A model generated the notes under the pieces. The model ran no database searches. It worked only from the letters and a program-made list of their open reading frames with translations, and was not told the origin of the DNA. Below are positions 57,185-64,000 of a DNA stretch of 64,000 nucleotides, one piece after another; position 1 is the stretch's first letter; each line of letters opens with the position of its first letter. The translations under genes were made by a program, and so were the position numbers. The DNA comes from Heptranchias perlo (lineage: Eukaryota), in assembly GCF_035084215.1 (NCBI RefSeq), contig NC_090342.1, positions 45,694,001 to 45,758,000 of the forward strand. The letters are read 5' to 3'.

Positions 57185-57699
57185 TGGTATTGAAGCTATT
57201 GAAGCAGGCAAGAGCTTCAATACCACGTTAAAATCAGGTCCAATAAGATGCAGATAAGCGCATGCATAATTGCCCATGATTCTCAATAATAAAGCAGTGT
57301 GCTAATCTTGCCAATATAAAGCAGGTATTCGAGGAAGGGCCATTCTGCAGTGACAGGAAGTCAGCATTTAAAGGGATACAAATTGCTGAACATTTAAACT
57401 GCTATCTTTATGGATTTATGGTACCGGTTATTTTGGCAGCATTTTTTTTTGCAAGATTATTTTTAAATGTTTTAAGCCAAGATATTTTTAGTTGCAATTA
57501 TAATTTACAATATGGGCACTCCAATGGGAATTCCATTGTTTCCATGTTATTTAGAAGATGAAAAGGAAAGGAGAGATACCAGGCAAGCGAGGCTATGCCT
57601 GAGATGGACTGTCCATATCGACCGTTACCCATGGACTTTTATCGATAGGCAAAGGCACATGTATCTTGGCAGGTCAGAGAGGAATCTGGCCTCCACAGG

Positions 57700-58160
57700 C
57701 TGTGCTTCACTTGGAAGGCAGTGACAGAGTTCTGCTGTCTACTGCAAAACTGACCTCCCGCCAAACCCACCACAGAAATGACACTGCCAGCAGCTGTCAA
57801 GGTCACCACAGCCATGACCTTTTATGGTTCTGGTTCATTTCAAGCTGTCACAGATATATCAGCCAATCTACAGTTGGCAGATGTGTCAATCAGGTGATTG
57901 AGATGTTGTTCACTGGGGAAACAATATAATTTTTCCCCTGGGCAACTGTCAGCAGAATGAGAGGGCACCGCAATTTCCCCTCTCCACTTCCCCACTCCCA
58001 AAATCCAGAACATCATTGGCAGCACTCATGTGCCTTCATGAACTGCATGGACTGATTATGCCACCATCATGGAGATTGTCTGTGACCATCAAAATAGCAT
58101 CATGCACGTGAATGCCCACTTCCCAGGTAACAGTCATGATACCTTGATTTTATAGAAGTG
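57700..58160 (+). pseudogene. Decayed PIF/Harbinger transposase
   Basis: AVKVTTAMTFYGSGSFQ, ISQSTVGRCVNQVIEMLF, KIQNIIGSTHV and EIVCDHQNSIMHVNAHFPGNSHD motifs. Confidence 0.75.
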
Positions 58161-59654
58161 TACAGTGAGTCACAAAGAAAAGCGCATCGTTGTCTGTTTT
58201 CAATTTTTTTTTCAAAATGTTTTAAATGATTAATCCACTTGTCACTAGGAGAGTATAAAAACTTGGTCAACAAAATGGATTTTCAGAACGTTTTTAAAGG
58301 TGGCGACAGTAGACTGAGAGATGGAGAGATTGAGGAAGTGAGTTTTGGAGAATAGGGTTGAGGCGGCCAAAGCCTATCCCTCTAAAGATTGGGTGAAGGC
58401 ATAACCGGCCAAAGTCTGAGGACCGAATGGTGTTGCAAGGATGTAAGCCTAAAGATGGTTGCAGTGATAGGGTGAGACGAGGATGTGGACGGATTGGAAG
58501 ATGAGGGTGAGGATTTAAATTCAATCCATGGGGGCCAGAGAGCCAATGTAGGTCAGTGGGATGATGGATTTTCGGGACTTAGTATGGAACAGGATACAAA
58601 TGGACGAGTTTTGGATAAGTTGGACTTTATGAAGGGAGGAAGATGGAAAGCTAGCAATGAGAACATTGGAAAAGTTGAGTCTGGAGGTGACAAATGCATT
58701 GTTGAAGGTGTCAGTTATAGTGGGGCTGAACTAGGGCCATGGGAGAAAAATGTTGGGTCGGTGGAAGTAAACGATGGATAGGATGTGGGGTTTGAAGCAT
58801 AATGCCAAGTTTCATTGTCTGGTTCAGCCTGACCATGCAGCCAAAAGGGAGAATGGAGTCAATGGCAGGGGAACAGAATTTATTGTGAGGGCCAAAAGCA
58901 ATTGTTTAGAGCTTTCACTTGTTGATATGCAGATTCATTCTCACATAATCTTGGATTGTGTTTCCTCACAGTTGCAAGTATTTTAATTCCAGAGAATTTA
59001 GCAGTTGATCATTTACACAAGTATAAGTGCCTGATTTTTCAACAGCTCCAAAGGAGAATCCAGAGGGTCTAAAGTAACCAATGAAAAGTGATGCACTGAG
59101 ATAGCAGCAGAGGGCACACAGTCAGAACTAAACTGCACCAATATCATACAAGTGAAGGTGTGCAAGGGTCTCACAATACAAGGCTTAACTTCACTAGTCA
59201 AATGTAAATAGGCTTTTAAAAAGCCAGAAAACACTGGAAAATGCACAACAATTGATCAGCATTTGAAAGGGAAAAGGTAAGTTAACATTTTGGACATTGA
59301 AATTTCATCAGAACAGACTAGTTGAGATTATGTTGACATACTGCTTGGGCAGCAATTTGCAACAAAACCTCAATCTCGTGCTAACAGTTTTGTAACACTC
59401 TGAAGAAAGCTGGCTCTCATTATCTTTATACCCCAGTAATTTGGAGTACCAAACATTTAGGTTATGTTGACCCTAAATTGGCTACAGGTTTGATCTTGTG
59501 ATCTTTTATTTTCTTAACCCTCAAGTTGTTTTTTTAAATGTCAGTGCATTACAACACAATACGTTTCTTCTTTTCCCCTTTGTTTTCAGTCAACTCTACA
59601 TTATTGCTTGATATTACTCATTGTAGGATAATTCATTTAACACAGATTTTTAAA

Positions 59655-60258
59655 ATATTTGTTGATGGGATGTGGGCGTCGCTGGCAAGGCCGGCATTTA
59701 TTGCCCATCCCTAATTGCCCTTGAGAAGGTGGTGGTGAGCCGCCTTCTTGAACTGCTGCAGTCCGTGTGGTGAAGGTTCTCCCACAGTGCTGTTAGGTAG
59801 GGAGTTCCAGGATTTTGTCCCAGTGACAATGAAGAAACGGCGATATATTTCCAAGTCGGAATGGTGTGTGACTCGGAGGGGAACGTACAGATGGTGTTGC
59901 TCCCATGTGCCTGCTGCCCTTGTCCTTCTAGGTGGTAGAGGTCGCGGGTTTGGGAGGTGCTGTTGAAGAAGCCTTGGCGAGTTGCTGCAGTGCATCCTGT
60001 GGATGGTACACACTGCAGCCACGGTGCGCCGGTGGTGAAGGGAGTGAATGTTTAGGGTGGTGGAAGGGGTGCCAATCAAACAGGCCACCTTGTCCTGGAT
60101 GGTGTCGAGCTTCTTGAGTGTTGTTGGAGCTGCACTCATCCAGGCAAGTGGAGGGTATTCCATCACACTCCTGACTTGTGCCTTGCAGATGGTGGAAAGG
60201 CTTTGGGAAGTCAGGAGCTGAGTCACTTGCCGCAGAATACCCAGCCTCTGACCTGCTC
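59655..60258 (-). mobile_element. Non-LTR LINE 3' fragment (ORF2 C-terminus)
   Basis: ORF 59711..60226 (KAQVRSVMEY..LAWMSAAPTTLKKLDTIQDK), plus tail. Confidence 0.85.
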
Positions 60259-60547
60259 AGATGATCGATTAGGAGAAAGAATCTGAACACAGGTACAGAT
60301 AGCTTACCCTTGATTAATAATTCAGATGCTTTAATCTAATAAATGTGTAAGATACATGGATGTTTTGTATTTTTTTCACAACCACATCTCAACAGTGAGG
60401 CTGTTGTTGGCACTCTTAGAGTTATCACACTCAATATGAATGACAACCCACCCATCTTTAGTCTTTAAGTATTGCAAATTTACTTCTACCGTTGTTGCTT
60501 CCTCCAAGACACAACACAAAACTTCATTCTCTAAGCACTTGCTAATG

Positions 60548-61790
60548 CATAGAGTCATAGAAATTCCAGCACAGAAGGCGGCCATTTGGTCCATCGTGCA
60601 TGTGCCAGTTCTAACTCTTCAACTGGAGCTAATTATTCGAATCCCATTTCCCTGAAATTCCCCGCATTCTTTCTTTTCAAAATACTTATCCAATTAGCTT
60701 TTAAATTATGTTATATCCTATGCACCAATAACCTATGCACATGTGGTAAAGCATTCCATGTTCTAATAACCCTCTGTGTGAAAATAATCTTCTAATTTCA
60801 CTCTTCATTCTTCCAGTGATAATCCGGAATTTATGCTCCCTTGTTACCAATTCACGTACCAGCAGAAGCAATCTATCTCAAATCTTTCCCAAGACCTGTT
60901 ATAATTTTGAAAAGCTCTATTAGCTCCTCCATTAACCTTCTCTGTTCCAGTGGAAAAAGCACCAATTTTTTGAGTCTTTCTTCATAACTATAATCTCTCA
61001 TTCTTGATATCATTCCTGTGAATCTTCACTGCAGTCTTTTTATAGTCTAATATACTTTTTATAATAGGATTCCTGGAATTACGTGCAATGCTCCAACCAT
61101 GGCCTAAATCAATGTCTTGGTTTTATATTTAATATCCCTATATATCCCAGAATCTCATTTGCCTTTGTTCTGGCCTTTTCTACCTACACCCCCACCTTTG
61201 AAGGTCTATGTATCTGCAACCCGAGAATTCTCTTCTTTTACTATCTAGGGTATACTTCTATTCACTGTCCTTTTCCCCAAAACATACGATGTCGCATTTC
61301 TCTGTGTTGAGCTGTGTCTGCCAACTATTTGTCCACTCTGGTAGTCTGTCTGTGTCTTGTATTCTTCCTCACCATTTGCTATGCCCCTCAATTCAGTATC
61401 ATTAGCAAACTTCAATATCATTCCTTTTGTGCCGATGTTCAAATCATTTATATAAATGGAAAACAAAAAAAAAAGAGGTCCCAGTACAGATCCCTGGAGC
61501 ACTTCATTAAACACATCCCACTGATCCAAAAAACATCCATTTACCACCGCTCTGCTTTCTGTCCCTGCGCTACCATTCTATCTGTGCAACTACCTTCCCT
61601 TTAATAAAGTGCTTTAATTTTTGTAACAAACTTATTTCATGGCACCTTATCAACTGTCTTCTGAAAATCCATATACACAACATTCACTGCATTCCCTTCA
61701 TCTATACAATCTGATTTCCTCAAAAAAATTCAATAAAATTAATCAAGCAGACATGCCACCTGCAAATCAATATTGACTGTTCATGCCTTT
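60548..61790 (-). mobile_element. Old CR1 LINE fragment
   Basis: QGSVLGP..IYINDL..KFANDT on the minus strand; tail CATAGAGTCATAGAA. Confidence 0.8.
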
Positions 61791-63342
61791 CTAAGTGTTT
61801 GTTAATTTAATCTCATATAATGGACTCCAGAACTAATTTTTTAGGTTTTTTTTTCTTTAAAATCCACCACCCTCCAGTTCTTTGGCCCAATTCCATTTCT
61901 AAATATCTCCCACTGCTGGTCCTTGTTTGATCTGCCACTTTTTCCAAACAATTAACTTGGATTAGATCCCATTTCATCCAACTGAAATTAACTGTTTTCC
62001 AGCCCAACATCTTTATCTTTGATTTTTGAGTCAAATGATTTCAAAAGAAGCTAGAGCATGAACTTTTGAATTTTTTTTCAGGTAAGGTTCAATAGGAAAA
62101 CTATTTTCAGGTATTTTTGCTGCTTCATAGACATGGGTTGGCAAAGAGGGATAGGGGGAAGGAGAGGACTAATAATGGAATATTACCCAGAGAGTGATTA
62201 GAATGTGGAACTTGCTACCACAGGAGTAGTTGAGGCGAATCGCATAGATGCATTTATGGGGAAGCTAGATAAACACATGAGGGAGAAAGGAATAGAGGAT
62301 ATGTCAATAGGATTAGATGAAGTAAGATGGGAGGAGGTTCGTGTGGAGCATAAACACCGTTTAGACCTGTTGGGCCGAATGGCTTGTTTCTGAATTGTGA
62401 AACTATGTAATTGTATGTATTGAGCTGCAGTTGGTAAGGAAAACACTATTTATTTTTCAGAAACCAATCAAAAAGTGCTTACATCACTGGCTCTAAGCAG
62501 AACTGTTAAAAACTTCATTGATTTTTTAAAAATCCTCGTGGGATGGAATGGTGAAATTAGACATAGATGTTTGAAACAGGCCTGTCGGAGGCTGCACAGA
62601 CAGGACCACAGTAACAATCATTGTGGAAGACCTCAGTGAAAACCCCCCCAAGTATACAGGTATGTTCAGTAAAGTGAGCTGTTACACAATGATTTAGACA
62701 CAGCCTCAGTCACAGATGCACTACAGTCTCGATTCTCTGGCCCCTGATTTTAGAAGCGGGCGGTGCACCCAGAGAGTCCGGGGATGTGGAGGCTCTGCCA
62801 ATCTTAACAGTTGGGACTTATTACCACAAAGTTTCCGGAGTCCTGTCCAACACTGGGCCAGATCCACTACCTGGCCGGTGGGCAGGAGCAGGCATTTGGC
62901 AGCAGAAGGCTGCAGCCGGTGATCCTTGGGCACTGTCCTTGGGAGTCAGTGGGAGGAGGGGTCTGGGGGCGATCAGGGTGGATGTTCCCACCATGATCAT
63001 GGGGAGGCCGGGCCTGGGGAGGCCCAAGAACTCTTTGTGGGGTTGGGGGGTGGAGTGAGGGGGAGCACTCCTGCTCCTCCTGGCCCACAAGGAGTTCTGG
63101 CAGAAGTAATTTTTTACAACTAACGTCGGACGAGAACGCAGCGACCTGAAGCCAGTAAGTCGACTCGGCCTGCTGGGCACACCGTTCCTATTGGGCGAGG
63201 GGGGTTAAAATCGAGTGTGTGCTGGCAGCTTGGTGGGGTCGGGAGGTCCTGGTTGCCGTATGTGACGGTTGCTGCTTTCAAATATAAAACGTCGAGTGGG
63301 CTTTCTCTCACAGTATCCAAGAAAAAGAGGCAATTTTTGTCG

Positions 63343-64000
63343 CACCAGACAAGTGCCAGGCAATGACCATCTCCAACAAGAGACAGTCTAACCACCTCCC
63401 CTTGACATTCAACGGCATTACCATCGCCGAATCCCCCACCATCAACATCCTGGGGTTCACCATTGACCAGAAACTTACTGGACCAGCCATATAAATACTG
63501 TGGCTACTAGAGCAGGTCAGAGGCTGGATATTCTGCGGCGAGTGACTCACCTCCTGACTCCCCAAAGCCTTTCCAACATCTACAAGGCACAAGTCAGGAG
63601 TGTGATGGAATACTCTCCACTTGCCTGGATGAGTGCAGCTCCAACAACACTCAAGAAGCTCGACACCATCCAGGACAAAGCAGCTCGCTTGATTGGCACC
63701 CCATCCACCACCCTAAACATTCACTCCCTTCACCACCTGCGCACCATTCCTGCAGTGTGTACCATCTACAGGATGCACTGCAGCAACTCGCCAAGGCTTC
63801 TTCGACAGCACCTCCCAAACCCGTGACCTCTACCACCTAGAAGGACAAGAGCAGCAGGTACATGGGAACAACACCATCTGCACGTTCCCCTCCAAGTCAC
63901 ACACCATCCCGACTCGGAAATATATCGCCGTTCCTTCATGGTCGCTGGGTCAAAATCCTGGAACTCCCTTCCTAACAGCACTGTGGGAGAACCTTCACCA
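63343..64000 (+). mobile_element. Non-LTR LINE 3' fragment (runs off the window)
   Basis: ORF 63500..63826 (RAGQRLDILRRVTHLL..YKAQVRSVMEYSPLAW); same family as 59655-60258. Confidence 0.85.

Noticed and set aside
58992-59009. 18-nt exact match to cdhr3 exon sequence 8677-8694
   Set aside because: No extension on either side, and compatible with chance in AT-rich 64 kb.
62071-62087. Recursive-splice-like TTTTTTTTCAG|GTAAGG
   Set aside because: It lies outside any identified plus-strand intron, in decayed repeat-like sequence.
40000-64000. Exons of a downstream neighbour (SYPL1 in human synteny, from memory)
   Set aside because: I recognised no synaptophysin-like or other host coding exons. 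Small exons could have been missed.
1-64000. CRISPR arrays, operons or other prokaryotic systems
   Set aside because: The sequence is spliced vertebrate DNA with no regularly spaced repeat-spacer array.

Overview
Vertebrate genomic DNA, most likely from a shark or other cartilaginous fish; this is inferred from the repeat content (SacSINE1/DeuSINE-like, LF-SINE-like, CR1, L2, Tx1, Penelope and Harbinger elements). One host gene is present. Seventeen plus-strand GT-AG exons (5098-39707) splice in consistent phase into a 2421-nt frame (806 aa + stop) for cadherin-related family member 3 (CDHR3). Its 5' exons lie upstream of the window. The rest is intron or intergenic DNA dense with transposons. 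At 1-2710 is the 5' end of a decayed LTR retroelement (LTR, tRNA-Arg-like PBS, gag, protease). There are also several solo LTRs, a young near-full-length CR1 LINE with an intact 951-aa ORF2, and Harbinger fossils and MITEs. The most notable observations are: (1) a perfect 106-bp-arm Penelope palindrome in a cdhr3 intron carrying a minimal hammerhead ribozyme on each strand; (2) a tRNA-Ala 5'-half fused to a CR1 3' tail; (3) a complex templated rearrangement at the 5' end of the young CR1; (4) several local inverted templated duplications. All family assignments come from recognising sequence by eye, not from database searches. Repeat boundaries are approximate unless a TSD or terminal repeat is given.
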